Origin: Monocercomonoides exilis PA203
Taxonomy: Eukaryota > Protista > Preaxostyla
Assembly (NCBI GenBank): GCA_001643675.2
Contig: LSRY02000011.1
Location: 1,054,001 to 1,118,000 of the forward strand
DNA: 64,000 bases
Direction of reading: 5' to 3'
Shown here: positions 36,801-48,400 of the stretch, piece by piece
Position numbering within the stretch: the stretch's first letter is position 1
Layout: every line of letters begins with the position of its first letter
Notes under the pieces: generated by a model
Told to the model about the DNA's origin: nothing
The model's database searches: none
Seen by the model: only the letters and a program-made list of their open reading frames with translations
Position numbers and translations under genes: made by a program

Positions 36801-39800
36801 GAGAACAGCTTCTCATTGATCTGCTTTTCAATCCACTTGCACCGGATGAACACATCCTTCCCCACAAACGCATCATTCATTGTGAATCTGGTGCTCTCGA
36901 TCATTATCCCCAAAGGCGGTGCATCCTCTGTGCCTGGTTGTGTTTCACCCAGGCCAGATGCATCGATCATCAGCCCTCCTCCTCTCCCCTTCACAATGGA
37001 ACAAATGCACATCCCAAACGAGCAGCCACTCACTTTCAGCTCACTTCCTCCACTCCTCAAACCCACTTTCATCCCTCCTCCCTCTTCGCTCTTCTCGCTC
37101 AGACACTTTGTTATCACACACTTTTCCACACAGCACCTCATTCCACCATCAAATGAGCCACCATTCACAATTGCAGCTCTGCTATCATTGCATGTGATGC
37201 TTGCGAATGATGAGCTGTTGATGCTCAGCAATATCACTCCATCTCCATTCTCTTTGCCTCTCAGCATCGTTGCTCCTTTCAATAAGCTGGCTGATGAGAG
37301 AGCAGATTCGCTGAGCGAAATCAGACTCCTTCCCGAAATGCTTGTGTTGGTGATCGACATATTCATCACATCTGCCACTTTCACATCTGAAGACAATTCC
37401 ACAAAACCTTGTGAAAAATGGAATTCTTTCAGAGCACAATCTTCAATTGCCACACTCCCTCCATCCACTTTCACCAAGCAGAAACACGTTTCTTTTGAAG
37501 GATCCTCACAAACAAATGAGCAGCTTTTCACAGAAAGGGCACCATTCGTTGATGATGATTTGAGGAAAGACAGATGGCGGACAAGCACATTTGGAAGAGA
37601 AAATGAAACATTCACAAATGAGAGGATCACTTCTGAAGCAACCATCGCCTCTCCATTTTCTCCATCTGTTTCCTTCTCTTCTGCAATCCTCAAAACTGTT
37701 CCATTTGTCTCTCCTTCAATCTTCACAACTGATGTGATTGACGATGATGATGAAGAAAATGATATTGAACTTCGAAGCAATCCTGAGCCTGACACAATGA
37801 TCGTTAATTCTATTGTTTCAAGTGTTGTGTATCTCAATGAAACAAGATGATCAATCGATGAACAAGGTGCTTCGGAATACCCACATCCACTGAAATCTTT
37901 TCCACTTTCAAAAGTGACAAACCCATCCCCACTCCAATTATCCCACAAATACATAACCAGTGGAATCACATATCCCTCCTCTCCTGTTGTCTTCCTTTCC
38001 CATCCACACAGTTCATCCAACGATCTCAACTTCTCAGAACTCATCTCCCATTTAAAGCACTCTTTGTTCACAATCTCTCTCAGATCCCAACCTGAAACAA
38101 ATACATTCTTCCCTTTCCACGCATTGCATCTCTCAAATGTCATTCCTTCCAAAATGAATGTTCCCAATTGATTGGGAAGCTCAACAAACATTCCTCCTCC
38201 CAATCCTCTCTCCACCTCATCACTCTCGCCTGATGGCACTTCACATCCTTCAAACTTCACTTCCTTCATCTTCAAGCTCCCTCCACTTCCAACAGACATC
38301 ATCATCCCTCCTCCTCTTCCATTTGAGTCTGCTTCATTCTCTGACTTGCAACCATCAAATGTGGTTGACCCATTGATCACAACCTCTTCATCTTTGCCGA
38401 TCGAAATCTTCATTCCTCCACCACAACCGTCTTTCTCCTCAACACCACACTCACTGAATGTGCAATTCGTGATTATAATAACATCAACAATAGAAGTTTC
38501 AGAATTCTTGCTTTCCTTTTTGTCACAGCTCCTTTCCAAACAGCTTCCTCCTCCATTTCTCCTCGAAATTCCTGTGAGAACACAATTTGAAAATTCAGCT
38601 GAACTTTCTCCAGCACATCTGATTATTGGATCTGACAAGGTATTTATTGATCCTTTGTTCGAGAAGCCTGTCATGTGCAGAACTCCTCCATCAATCTGAA
38701 AAACACAGAATTCGATTTTATTCTGTGAGTTTCCGATGACAGGCTCAATTGAGCAATCACTGACACTCAAAGCATTTGAAGAGGAAAGGATGAATGAAGA
38801 GGCTGGAGAAAGCGCTGATGGAAGCGAAAAGGACATATCTTTCAGCAATGCTTCAGATGAAACTCTGATCACACATTCTGAGTCAAACTGAAGAGCAGGA
38901 GGCACAACAACCTCAACCGCAGTGTCTTCAATTGTGCCTGTCACATTCCAAAACTGGCTCTCCATCACAACCTCTTCACAGAGCACAAATCCATTTTTGA
39001 TTCGGATTGTTCGTGACACAGCCCCATACCACAACTCAACCACTCTCTTGATCGATGAGCACGGATACTGCTCCAATCCACATCTGCTGAAGTCCATGCT
39101 TTTCTCTCCTCCCACAAATCCAACATCCCCTGCTTCCATCAAATATGGAAGAAGTGGCACACACTCCTCCCTGCACCCATCCTCAAATCCCAATAAGTCG
39201 CTGTCTGTCATGCCCTCATGCTCAAAGCCAAATGTGATGCGACTCACAACATCTCTCAGACACTGTGCATTCACAAATATGCTGTTCCCTTTTTCGGCCT
39301 GGCAATCCTCAAAACGAGCACAATGGATGCAAAAAGCACAACTCTCATCAACAACATCCAGATAAAGAGCTCCGCCATATCCTCCAACTCCATTTCCCTT
39401 CCCCACACAGCTGCAACTGCTGAATGTCACACATTCCACATTCTCCTCAGCACCTTCACTTGAGACATTCCCGATCTCAATCTGTGAGCCTTCATCCAGT
39501 TGAATCCACATCCCTCCTCCACACCCATCCTCACACCCGCAGTTCCTCATCATTCCCCCTGAAATATTCACATTCATCCCATTCACCAGATTCCCACTAA
39601 TCACACTCCCATCCCCACTCGCTCGAGAAATCCCATGTGCATCAACATTGTTCATCTGGAAAGACAATGAGTGCTCTCCTCTGATGTCGAATGCGGGAAC
39701 AGATGAAAATGATATTCCATTGATCTCAACAGAATCAAAACTGACAGACCCCTTTTGGACAATCATCAGCGATGCTGTTAAAACACAGCTTTCATCGTTT

Positions 39801-41950
39801 TTCAATGAAGTGATCACACACTCAACCAATTTCAACATCCCTTTTTCTGCCAACACTTCCATCAGATGAGACGATGGATTCTCTCCACAAGCAAACGTGA
39901 TTTTTCTGAAACTTCCCACTCCAGCTCCAATGACCACCAACGATTCTCCATTTGGTGATCTGTTGCGAACAACCACTTGTGCCTTGTCTTTCCCCTCAAA
40001 TGCAATCCTCCTTTTTCCAACATCAATTTTGTTTTCTTCATAATTCCCTATTTCAATGATCACTTCATTTCTGCTTCCTTCACCATCCAGCACACTCATT
40101 CCAAACTCGATTGTTTTGCATCTCCTTCCATATTCATCTCCTCCTCTCACAAACCCACAGGCCATGTGATCCAACCCTTCCTGTGAGTTCACAAACACTG
40201 GGTTGAAGAAAACTTTTGGAATCCAGTCATCGTGTTCTGTTGTTCCAATAACCACTCGATTGCTATTTGCAGCTGTGTTTGAACGACAAAACACAAACGA
40301 ATTTTCAGTGATGTTTGTCCACCCTTCAACAGCATAGGCATCGTGGCCAATATTTGCAGCTGTGTTGTTTGAAAAGAAGCAAAACACAATCTGAATGTCA
40401 CTCACTCCTGTTCCCTTGGTCCATCCAAATCCTGCCCCATTTCTTTCGCTGTATCCACTGCAAATTGAACAATCAGTGAAAATGGCAGAAACATCATTAT
40501 AAAAGCCAACACTTCCCCCTTCGTTGTAATATGTTGTATTCTTTCTGCAACAACAATAAAAGTTGCATTTTTCAACAATCCCCTCATACTCGTTTTTCTC
40601 GATCATTAACCCACCTCCGGTGTGTTTTGTTGAACTGTTGGAGCAATTTGTGTTTTTTATTGAGAGTGTTGAAACATAAAAAAGGTCAATGCATCCACCA
40701 GAAGCTTCAGCTGTGCAAGAATCAAAAACAGAAGATGCGATGACAAAATTTTTTCCAGTTCTTCTGGATGAAATTGCCCCGCCACAATAAATGCTGTGGC
40801 ATGAATGAAATCGACACAAGGTGACATTTAAGAGTCCGGAAGAAGAGAAAGCAATTGCTCCACCAAACGATCGTGATGAATTTTCGTTTGAAAGGTTGTT
40901 GAAATCACAATCCACAAATGTTGCATCACCTGAGTTCACAACTTGACTCTCCATGCTTTTGTTTCCAATCACTGGATCTGCATTTTCTCTCCGAACGCAT
41001 TGCGAATACGACGAATTCAGAGCCAAAAAGTGATTATATTTTGAACGCATCCCTTCAACCAGTCCTCCTCCAAGTGGCGAGTCAACTTTTTCCACAAAAC
41101 ATCCCTCGAAACGATATTCATTTTCTGAATTGCCCATTGAACATCGATTGCTTTGGCCTCTCGCACTTTGTGAGATGTTTGCAAAATGGCAGGTGCAAAC
41201 TGCTATTTCCCTTATGTTTGTGCTTGCTAAAAGAGAAATTGATCTCACTAAAGCAAATGAAGAAAAATCAGAATCAAACATCTTCAAATTCTTATTCTTT
41301 TGTCCAAAACCCTTTCCGTCACAACCAACAAGCGATTCACAAATTTCTGCAAACTGATTGACACAATAAGAAATGTTGCTCAAAATCAGATGACCTTCAT
41401 TCAACCTCAACAAATTGCCATATGACATTCCATGATCATGCACTGAACAACAATGGACAAGAACGGTGGACAAGCTGTTGATGAGAATCATCGATCTTCT
41501 CTTTTCTTTGATGAACATCAAATATTTCATCTCACAACTCGAATTTCCAAAATCGGCCATCGTCATCACAGTGGATCTTGGATTGTGAAAAACACTTTTC
41601 GAATCACGAATGATCTTCAATTGACTCTTCTCATTCTTCAAATGGCAATTCATATCGTTTGGTTCACTTCTTTTCTCTTTTGAACCCTTTTCACTCTCCT
41701 TCAATATCATCTTCGTTTCTGCAGAATCTTCACAAATTGTTTCATCTTCTTTAAGACTATTTCTTGATTTTTGTCTGTTGTGAGCAGTTCCAAACGGAGT
41801 TTCCTTTGAATGTTCGTAAGTCGATTCCTGTTTCCTGATATGAACAAAATGGTCATCTTCAGTCGATGTCAAGTCAGAGTGTTCGCGTTTGTCAGCTGTC
41901 TCAAAGCTGTTCAACAGCGCAATCAACGCAAACACAAGCATCAAATTCAT
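33806..41950 (-). CDS. Giant single-pass receptor-like protein (~2714 aa) with Cys-rich beta-helix/pectin-lyase-like ectodomain and cytoplasmic pseudokinase-like domain
   Basis: Intronless ORF (track starts at TTG 41986; first ATG 41950). Signal-like MNLMLVFALIALL; GGAI/GGGM and FxxC repeats; four DxxxCGxxxxxCxxI modules; TM YLLLIVIIMGIILIIVLIVSVVLAV followed by RWRR; LRWKAPEL...VFSIGMMLWECLT..IPF...RP. Confidence 0.9.
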   Translation of the reverse strand: MNLMLVFALIALLNSFETADKREHSDLTSTEDDHFVHIRKQESTYEHSKETPFGTAHNRQKSRNSLKEDETICEDSAETKMILKESEKGSKEKRSEPNDMNCHLKNEKSQLKIIRDSKSVFHNPRSTVMTMADFGNSSCEMKYLMFIKEKRRSMILINSLSTVLVHCCSVHDHGMSYGNLLRLNEGHLILSNISYCVNQFAEICESLVGCDGKGFGQKNKNLKMFDSDFSSFALVRSISLLASTNIREIAVCTCHFANISQSARGQSNRCSMGNSENEYRFEGCFVEKVDSPLGGGLVEGMRSKYNHFLALNSSYSQCVRRENADPVIGNKSMESQVVNSGDATFVDCDFNNLSNENSSRSFGGAIAFSSSGLLNVTLCRFHSCHSIYCGGAISSRRTGKNFVIASSVFDSCTAEASGGCIDLFYVSTLSIKNTNCSNSSTKHTGGGLMIEKNEYEGIVEKCNFYCCCRKNTTYYNEGGSVGFYNDVSAIFTDCSICSGYSERNGAGFGWTKGTGVSDIQIVFCFFSNNTAANIGHDAYAVEGWTNITENSFVFCRSNTAANSNRVVIGTTEHDDWIPKVFFNPVFVNSQEGLDHMACGFVRGGDEYGRRCKTIEFGMSVLDGEGSRNEVIIEIGNYEENKIDVGKRRIAFEGKDKAQVVVRNRSPNGESLVVIGAGVGSFRKITFACGENPSSHLMEVLAEKGMLKLVECVITSLKNDESCVLTASLMIVQKGSVSFDSVEINGISFSSVPAFDIRGEHSLSFQMNNVDAHGISRASGDGSVISGNLVNGMNVNISGGMMRNCGCEDGCGGGMWIQLDEGSQIEIGNVSSEGAEENVECVTFSSCSCVGKGNGVGGYGGALYLDVVDESCAFCIHCARFEDCQAEKGNSIFVNAQCLRDVVSRITFGFEHEGMTDSDLLGFEDGCREECVPLLPYLMEAGDVGFVGGEKSMDFSRCGLEQYPCSSIKRVVELWYGAVSRTIRIKNGFVLCEEVVMESQFWNVTGTIEDTAVEVVVPPALQFDSECVIRVSSEALLKDMSFSLPSALSPASSFILSSSNALSVSDCSIEPVIGNSQNKIEFCVFQIDGGVLHMTGFSNKGSINTLSDPIIRCAGESSAEFSNCVLTGISRRNGGGSCLERSCDKKESKNSETSIVDVIIITNCTFSECGVEEKDGCGGGMKISIGKDEEVVINGSTTFDGCKSENEADSNGRGGGMMMSVGSGGSLKMKEVKFEGCEVPSGESDEVERGLGGGMFVELPNQLGTFILEGMTFERCNAWKGKNVFVSGWDLREIVNKECFKWEMSSEKLRSLDELCGWERKTTGEEGYVIPLVMYLWDNWSGDGFVTFESGKDFSGCGYSEAPCSSIDHLVSLRYTTLETIELTIIVSGSGLLRSSISFSSSSSSITSVVKIEGETNGTVLRIAEEKETDGENGEAMVASEVILSFVNVSFSLPNVLVRHLSFLKSSSTNGALSVKSCSFVCEDPSKETCFCLVKVDGGSVAIEDCALKEFHFSQGFVELSSDVKVADVMNMSITNTSISGRSLISLSESALSSASLLKGATMLRGKENGDGVILLSINSSSFASITCNDSRAAIVNGGSFDGGMRCCVEKCVITKCLSEKSEEGGGMKVGLRSGGSELKVSGCSFGMCICSIVKGRGGGLMIDASGLGETQPGTEDAPPLGIMIESTRFTMNDAFVGKDVFIRCKWIEKQINEKLFSLDFSQDALKSNNSICGSDEEKRDIDLIPLVTFYYGQQVFVCVNGRDIRQCGEQTNPCKSISHGVSHIQKGIMNVIFIDGEGDIGGECVMGDVSVKPMKKVKATVHFNATVQEMGNEGNMVTFVNECVVERCVFEFGEQFSSSHSCIMKVKNGTTEMSECECLTSATELTIHSTIMGVEGGELEMDKCVFTRMKLSVPLIEFIGESKATISETKIDDFESEGNVIEVGDRAEVEMKELDVQNITLSRSGCVVKMQNLAKDEVLSNCSFGKCLSEKEKGSIVSVSNCANVRFDLCRFSGDLEEEAREEKKTNGRTEEVCKWKGSVVDAISSNLTMNDTTISNSKKGGLSLSGGSVVIEKGEFENNNPDIEEYPSVRRNIICTENSELNVVSVKGGDGLKDNSSLWILDEGCRLGGIAAERASPFFIPILEDVKNASQPSCELELIIHGKLLLPCDLSLKISMKNGDEEEIVRMGIDEDCFASENEIHSIISSSELEKVRDETEVSVCILFGKVDSPSSTESFIVKNRSESVGKGDERIVEGGKEGKSYLLLIVIIMGIILIIVLIVSVVLAVRWRRAKTEAQDLREIVNDSVRKDPKLIEMVTMEMSPEDQWRRAERDAEKKNEERIKKRVYEKSLGHSESSEHLLSESGSTEYILGRDSDKIPEWVLEKDEEEEIRKRTPSPSVSSTSTTDSDSTFVRGEELCPTTSSMSNLVDAMACSSPHEKLIVDLRDSLFMLLHGKNKTKEMAIGSLQEREVTAAQILFWVANGALHSFDEMEIPLQSLENLSPHIVLFSEHMVICIVMHSDILLDDDSESSSISSSTVVTSASDDEDDSLPSSAFEEEDEFKKECLRWKAPELMMNKKLGATKESVVFSIGMMLWECLTLQIPFGEYDAETAGQKIVHGERPDVKKMESVKFENIARSCLMSAGEDRPRLVDVRRMMFERMPGAAMLITQSDAICDSDDGCEGDNNVGGRVGDGAGKSQVKRRTTEVENERNQ

Positions 41951-43290
41951 TCTAAGTGTGAGTATGGGTTTCAAATGTTTTTTCAATCAAACGATTTTTG
42001 GCAATGCTTGAACATCCATCATTGCATGACACAAGCCATTATGCAAAAAACATATTTAATCAGATGAACCTTAATTAAGAACTTTTGATCCATTTATATA
42101 ATCACAGTTATTGTTTTCCTGATTTCTGTTCTTTCTTTGCATTTGTTTGGCAATCAACGAGAAGAACTCAAAAATGAATTTGTTGTCCAAAAACTGTTTG
42201 TTGTGCATTTGAAAGCGTTTCATTTCATGGTTTCATTTTGAGTGCGTGCAGAATGTGGAACGATGAAGTGTTTTGTTATTTGGATGTTGTTTGAAACAAA
42301 TTAAATGCTCATTTTGGAATTCACAAGCCACAAGCATGACGATCTCGAAGCATTTCAGAAAGCCAATCTCCACTTGCGTTTTTCACTGGAAATCGTATGA
42401 TTTTATTGGAATTTCTTTTCTTTTTGACTTGAGAGGAATCATCACAAAAGCCAGCCAAAAAGCGTTATACCTTCCAATTTATCTATATGTTTTTCCAATG
42501 ATGATGAAAGCAGGGTTCATCGCTGTTTGCAATGAGGACTTCAAGAGTTACAGAGCATTTTCAAAAGAAAACTCACTTACGTTTTGCAAATACGAATGAA
42601 AAACAAATACGACCAATGCCATTTGATGAAGTTTCTTAGAAGGAATGCACAAAGATTTTCGATTTGAGACATTGAAGAACTCCGTTTCGATTCATCCTCA
42701 TGTCTTCAAACAGAAGCGCAAAGATACTTCGAGCTCATCATCTTTGACAAATATTCTTCGTTGTTTGTCGCTTCTTCTTTTCTCTTCTTCTTCTTTGACA
42801 AAAAGAATAACTCTGCTTTTTTGTATTTTTTTTTCTGTTGAATCATCCAATGCAACATTTCATCCACTTTTTATTCTTTGAAAAGAAAAATCAGTTGAGA
42901 TATCATTCTTGTTATTTTTTTTTCAATACAGTCGCTTTTTATGGAATCAATGATGTTCAAAACTGTGATAATTTTTACTGAGTGAGCAAATAAACAAGAC
43001 AAAAACAAGCTGAAATTTTTATTGTGAAAAGAGATGAGATTTAAGTAATATAAACTCTCATTTTCAGTTTTTGTCCAAACAAAATAACAGTTAAATCTGA
43101 ATTCTCAAATCGCTTTGTGAACTTATTCACAACAACACAACCTCCACTGTTGAAGTATTTTTTTTGAATGCTATTTTCTTATTTCCTTTAAAGAGTTTTC
43201 CATTCTCTCTTTTTCAAAATCAAATATTAATGAATTTTTTTCAATTTTTTCTTTTCAGCATTTTTTCATTTAAAGAAAATCTCAGGTTTT
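37726..43290. repeat. Segmental duplication copy B (copy A 1-~5570), same orientation
   Basis: Direct alignment to the window start. Confidence 0.92.
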
Positions 43291-43401
43291 AATTTTTCTT
43301 TTGAATTGACAACTTCGAAAATTACATGCATTTATAAAGAATAAAATTTTCGCCAAAAATTGCCAATAATGTGAATCTTGAATTTACGTTTTTAATAAAT
43401 A

Positions 43402-44203
43402 CACCGAAAATAATTCAAATTCGGAATTAATAATTCGAATTCGAAAAAAAATAATTCAAATTCGGAATTAATAATTCAAAATCGAAAATTAATAATTCAA
43501 TTTCGTAATTTATTAATTCGATTTCGTAATTTATTAATTCGATTTCGAAAAAAAATAATTCAATTTCGAAACGTGAATTTTTTTTATTTTGTGGAATGAA
43601 TAACTTGTGTTTTGTGTTTTGAATTCTCATTATTTTTATTTCATCAGTTCACTTTGCTTATCTATATTTGAAAAATGATGCATTTTCTTCAAATAATTTT
43701 CATTCATTTTGATAGAAAATATTTTATTTTGAAGTTTATTTGAAAAGAAAATGAATTCATTTTCTTATTAAAAATTGATGATTTTAATATATTTACCAAA
43801 GAAAAAAATTTTTTTCTATTGGTAAAAAAATTCTTGTTTCTTGTTATTCAATAAACGTGATTGAAATTTAAATATTTTTATTTTGTTATTCAACAGAATG
43901 AATTTTTTTATTATTTTAATCATTTGAGTGATGATTTTCGAAAATGAAAAAAATTTTCAAGAAATCGATTTTTTGATTGTTTCATTTTCAAAAAACAGTT
44001 ATCTTCGAGTAATAATGTTTGATTGATTAAAAAATAACTTGAACTTTTCTGAAATCCATTCTCGAGAAAAATAGAAAATTTCAGTTTTTAATGAATTTCG
44101 AAATTGAATTAATAAATTACGAAATTAAATTATTAATTTTCGATTTTGAATTATTAATTCCGAAATCGAATTATTTTTTTTCGAATTAGAATTATTTTTG
44201 GTG
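43402..44203. mobile_element. Foldback/MITE-like non-autonomous element whose inverted arms are built from ~21-bp tandem repeats
   Basis: Starts CACCGAAAATAATTC and ends GAATTATTTTTGGTG. Arms ~43402-43572 and ~44095-44203 consist of AATAATTC(A/G)A(A/T)TTCG-type units; the shadow ORF shows 7-aa periodicity (EIELINY). Confidence 0.8.
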
Positions 44204-44790
44204 CACATGTTACAAAAAAAAAAAAAATAGTCACGTCCGTCAGTAATTGAAAATTTACGTCGTATTGGTTTTCTAAAAAAAAAATTCATTTTGACTGAAT
44301 TTCAGTATTTTCTTCATATGAATCAATTTTTTTTTAATTTATCATTTTATTTTATTTTTCAAACTTTTCTTTGTTTCATATATATTAAAAAAAATTCTTC
44401 ACTGCCAGATACTGATTCCATTCAGTCACTGACTTCACAAATTGTCCGATGATCAAAAATTCCAAATTTGACTTTTTGCCAGTATCCTTTTTGAAAAATG
44501 TGTTTTTTTTCTTCGCTTATTTGTATTAATATTTAAAAATGTTTGAACAGATAATAAATGTTTTATCTTTAATGGTTCTGACGTGAAATTTTTCTTTTAA
44601 TCCTTCAGGAAACCAAAATTTGTCTCCCAACAGTCACAACGTAACACATGTCACGTTTCCAATTAATATTTCTTTAGTCAATTCAATCAAACCTTTCTTC
44701 ATTTGAAAAAGACATGCATCGTTCAATTAAGCTTTCTTCACTTGTGTTTTTTCAACTTCATTGGTGTTCGTGTAAAAAAAATTTTTATAT

Positions 44791-44926
44791 GGGTGATTCT
44801 TTTTGAAAAGTCACTAATGCTTAATTTTCAAATAAAGTTAAATTTTCATATTTTGCTCAAATTTCTGTTTCAGCTCACAAATCTCCTCAAGAATGTTTGA
44901 AATAGCATTATCCTTGAATAGATTCC
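44791..44926. mobile_element. 136-bp MITE flanked by ATAT on both sides
   Basis: ATAT|GGGTGATTC...GAATAGATTCC|ATAT; homologous pieces at 12828-13045. Confidence 0.65.
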
Positions 44927-45499
44927 ATATGGGGCAAAATTTTTTTAATTATGAAAAAAATCATGTTTTGTTCCAAACTTATTCCAGATTCATATAACAA
45001 TGCACATAACATTATTATGCTAAAAAATATTTGTGACGAAATCCATAATTTCTATTAATTTTTATTTTTGGATTCAAGCTCGATATTTGAGGAAATAACC
45101 AAAGAAAATGAGTGAAAGGCTATAATTAGAAAATTGTTTGCATTATTATATTATTTGAACAGGTATAGAAGTTTCACTGAATTGTCAATGCTTCTTTTAT
45201 TGATTTCAAATCAAAAGGAACTATTTGCGTTAAATAATTGTTACAGAATATGGAAAATTTGTTCATTCGAACTGAAAATTTGATGAAAACACAATAATAT
45301 GAGGATTTATTGAATTCTCAAAATTTTCAAGAAATATTTAAAAGAAAAAGAATAATCACTATCTGTATGGAAATAGCTTCCTTTCTTTCTTTATCATTAT
45401 CTTCTTTTTTTCCCTCTTCCTCTTTCTCCTGTTCTTTTCACTCCTTTCAAACACATCCGTCCCTCCCTTCTATCTTATGTGTTTGTTGTTCACTTTTGT

Positions 45500-48400
45500 T
45501 TATTATCGTCGAGTAGTCTGCATTTTTCATCGTCTTTTTCATCCTCGCCTCAACCTCAAGCATCGCTGCGCAGTCGGAGAGGTTTTGCACAAAATGTTTA
45601 TGCTTTTTGATTATCGTGTTTAAAGGCATTGGCGTTTCCCAGTATTGCTTGGGTGCTGTTGTGTCAGCAAAACACGACTAGCTCAACAGGGAAATTGCAA
45701 GTGCTACTTATGCACTCTTCAGCTGAGGGAAAGATGAAGTGCGCAAAAGTATGGAAGGAGATTGGGCTGTTGAAGGATGAAATAAAAGATATCAAGGGGG
45801 GAAGAATTATGAAGTTGCTGTTTTGATGGAAAAGTTTGTCAAATTTTGATTGATTTTGTTTTTTTAATTAATTATTTAACTTAAAAAAAGCTTCACGACT
45901 TCATTCAATACTCATTAATATTTACATTTATGTGTATCATCAACATCTTCTTATTCTTATTCTTTCTCTCCATCATCTTTAACATTTTCTTCATCAAAGT
46001 CAACACATCACCCAATTCATTCCTCCACCATCTCCAATTGCAACACTTAAGCCACCAGCAACGTCTGCTACTTCGCCTTTACCTCTTCTTTTCGAGCACA
46101 CTTTTGCTCCCCAGTCGCTTCTCTCCTCTCTCCCTGCCTTCCCTCGCTCTCAAAGATATCTGCCTTTGCAGAATGCACTTGCTCTTCTCTCACAAGTTCA
46201 GCACTTCCATTAGATGTGTTTGTGGAGTATGTCTCGCTCCATTTAATTGATTAGAAGAACGTCAACATAATATTGCTTCTGATTTCACTTGGAAGTTTCA
46301 TCGTGTTGAATGGGCTTGGCTGTTTGCAGTGGGGAAGAAGGCGTTTTGGAAGAAGAAGAATGAGAAGAGAAAAGTTAGTATTGGTGGCCGACTCCGAGTG
46401 ATCAAGCTGATCAGAAGAAGGAGATCGTTGAAGAGTGAAAGGTTCCTTTTAAAAAAGATTGAATCACACAGAGCGCAGCGGAGAGCGAGAGAAAGAGAGA
46501 GAAAGAGGATTGCGCTTGTGATAAACAGAGGCGACACACTCGCAAAAGAAGCACAGATGATGTAATGACAGAGAACCCGCTTCTTGCCTGCATTGTGATG
46601 AAGATGGAGAAGAAGAACGGAAATCAAGATGATCAACCCGAAGAAAAAGTCTGGGGCTGTTGGAGAGAAAAATAAAGGGACAATTTCATTTGAGACGGAA
46701 AAGAAAAACAAACTATTTTATACAGAAAACTTCTCAGTGTAATCCATTTCATCTGCTTCTCTTCAGTTTGATTATCCTTCTTCTTCAATTCTCAGGCAGT
46801 CTGTTTTTTCTTCGGTACTTATATCGAATTATCCTTCTCCTTCTCCTTCTCCTTCATCTTCGTCTTCGTCTTTCCATTCTCCTTTACCATTTTCCACAAC
46901 TTCTTCTTCTCCTCTATCACTATTTTATCATTTTTCATCTTTTTCTCATATTCTTGTATTTTGTCTGTTTCAACTCCTTCAACTCCTTCTTCATCTTCAT
47001 TTTTTTCTTCATCTTCATCTTCACTTCCTCCTGCTCCACTTCATTCTTCTTATTCTTCTTCCTACTCCTCTCCTTCTTCTCCACTTTGCACAACCGCTCC
47101 ACCACCTGTACGTTATCCTCATTCTTCAACATTTGTTCACTCTTCACTTCGACCTTCAATGTTTATTTTTTCTCCTTCTCTTATTTCTGATTCATCACAC
47201 TCATCATCATCGTCTTCTCTTCATCCTCCTCCTCCTTCTTCTTCTTCCATTCCAATAACTTCCTTTGCAGTTTTACTTCTTCTTCTTCTTCTTTCCTCAC
47301 ATCTTGCCCTTTGTTTCGATTTCGTGAGCCATCTCAGCGAAAACGATAGGACAAATGAAAGATAATAAGTGTCTGAGAAGCTAGTTATGTGTGTTTCGTT
47401 ATGAATATTTCAACAAAGACAATGCTCATTCCATTTTAAGACTCGCTCTGCAGTGGAGACGATGGAGACTGAAGCACAGACCTCTGGAAATGTTGCATCT
47501 GATGCTAGAAAGACAGATCTGAATGGGGTGTTCCACATAGCTCCTTCATTACAAAAGGCCCACCGAAATCTTGTGATGCTTGGAGCGACTGTGGGTGTTG
47601 CTGCACTTCCCTGTTGCTGAAGAGTGCAGAGTTAACATGCGCATAATGTGTGGAGACAAGTTCATCAGTTCGTACAACGAGAATTTATGAGCAAGTGTTT
47701 CATCAACATCTGCTTTTTGAACTGCTCGATGATAACATCAGCTTTGAAAGCCTGAGTGCTTTGCTGTGAAGAAGCAGGCAGCGAAGATGCAGTTAAAGTT
47801 GGTAAAAGAGAAATAGAAAGAAATAGAGAGAGGAAGAAAAAGGGGGAGGAATGGAGAGAGAGGAGGAGAGGAGGAGAAAACAGGATGGAAGGCAAATTGA
47901 GTTAGCATTTTGAATTTTTTGCAACAAAAACATATTCCCATAATTATATTTGGTTGGCTCACCGTTATTAAGATCGTGTTCATCAGATACTGTTAGGCAA
48001 CACTTGTGCTCGCTGGTTCGGGACCATCCACAGATTTGTCTGTGGTAAGCGTTCAGGCGGAAAAAGTTGGAAAAGAAAAAGAATAAGTATTAGACGAAGA
48101 AGAAGCAAAAGAAGGAGAAGGAGAAGAAGAAGCATCAATATTAGCTAATGTTGAGTAATTTGCAGTATTTGGACGAGCCATCATTGGAGAAAGAGTTCTG
48201 ATTGGAGGAGGAGTAGCTGAATGGCAAAGAAGTTGCATTTCCTCTCCTTCTCTTTCTTCTCCTTCTTCTTTTTCATTCCCTTTCTCTTCTTCTTCTTCTT
48301 CTTCTTCTTTTCCCCTATTTTCTTCTTTCACATCTTCTTCTTTCTTCTTCATCATTTCCTTCATCATCATCATCTTCTTCTTCTCTTCTTTTTTTTCTTT

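Noticed and set aside
33942-42067. Many + strand ORFs over the receptor genes (also 433-4081)
   Set aside because: Antisense shadows of the long minus-strand CDS.
43402-43572. Regularly spaced repeats resembling a CRISPR array
   Set aside because: Contiguous degenerate 21-mers without unique spacers, mirrored at 44.1 kb; eukaryotic context and no cas genes.
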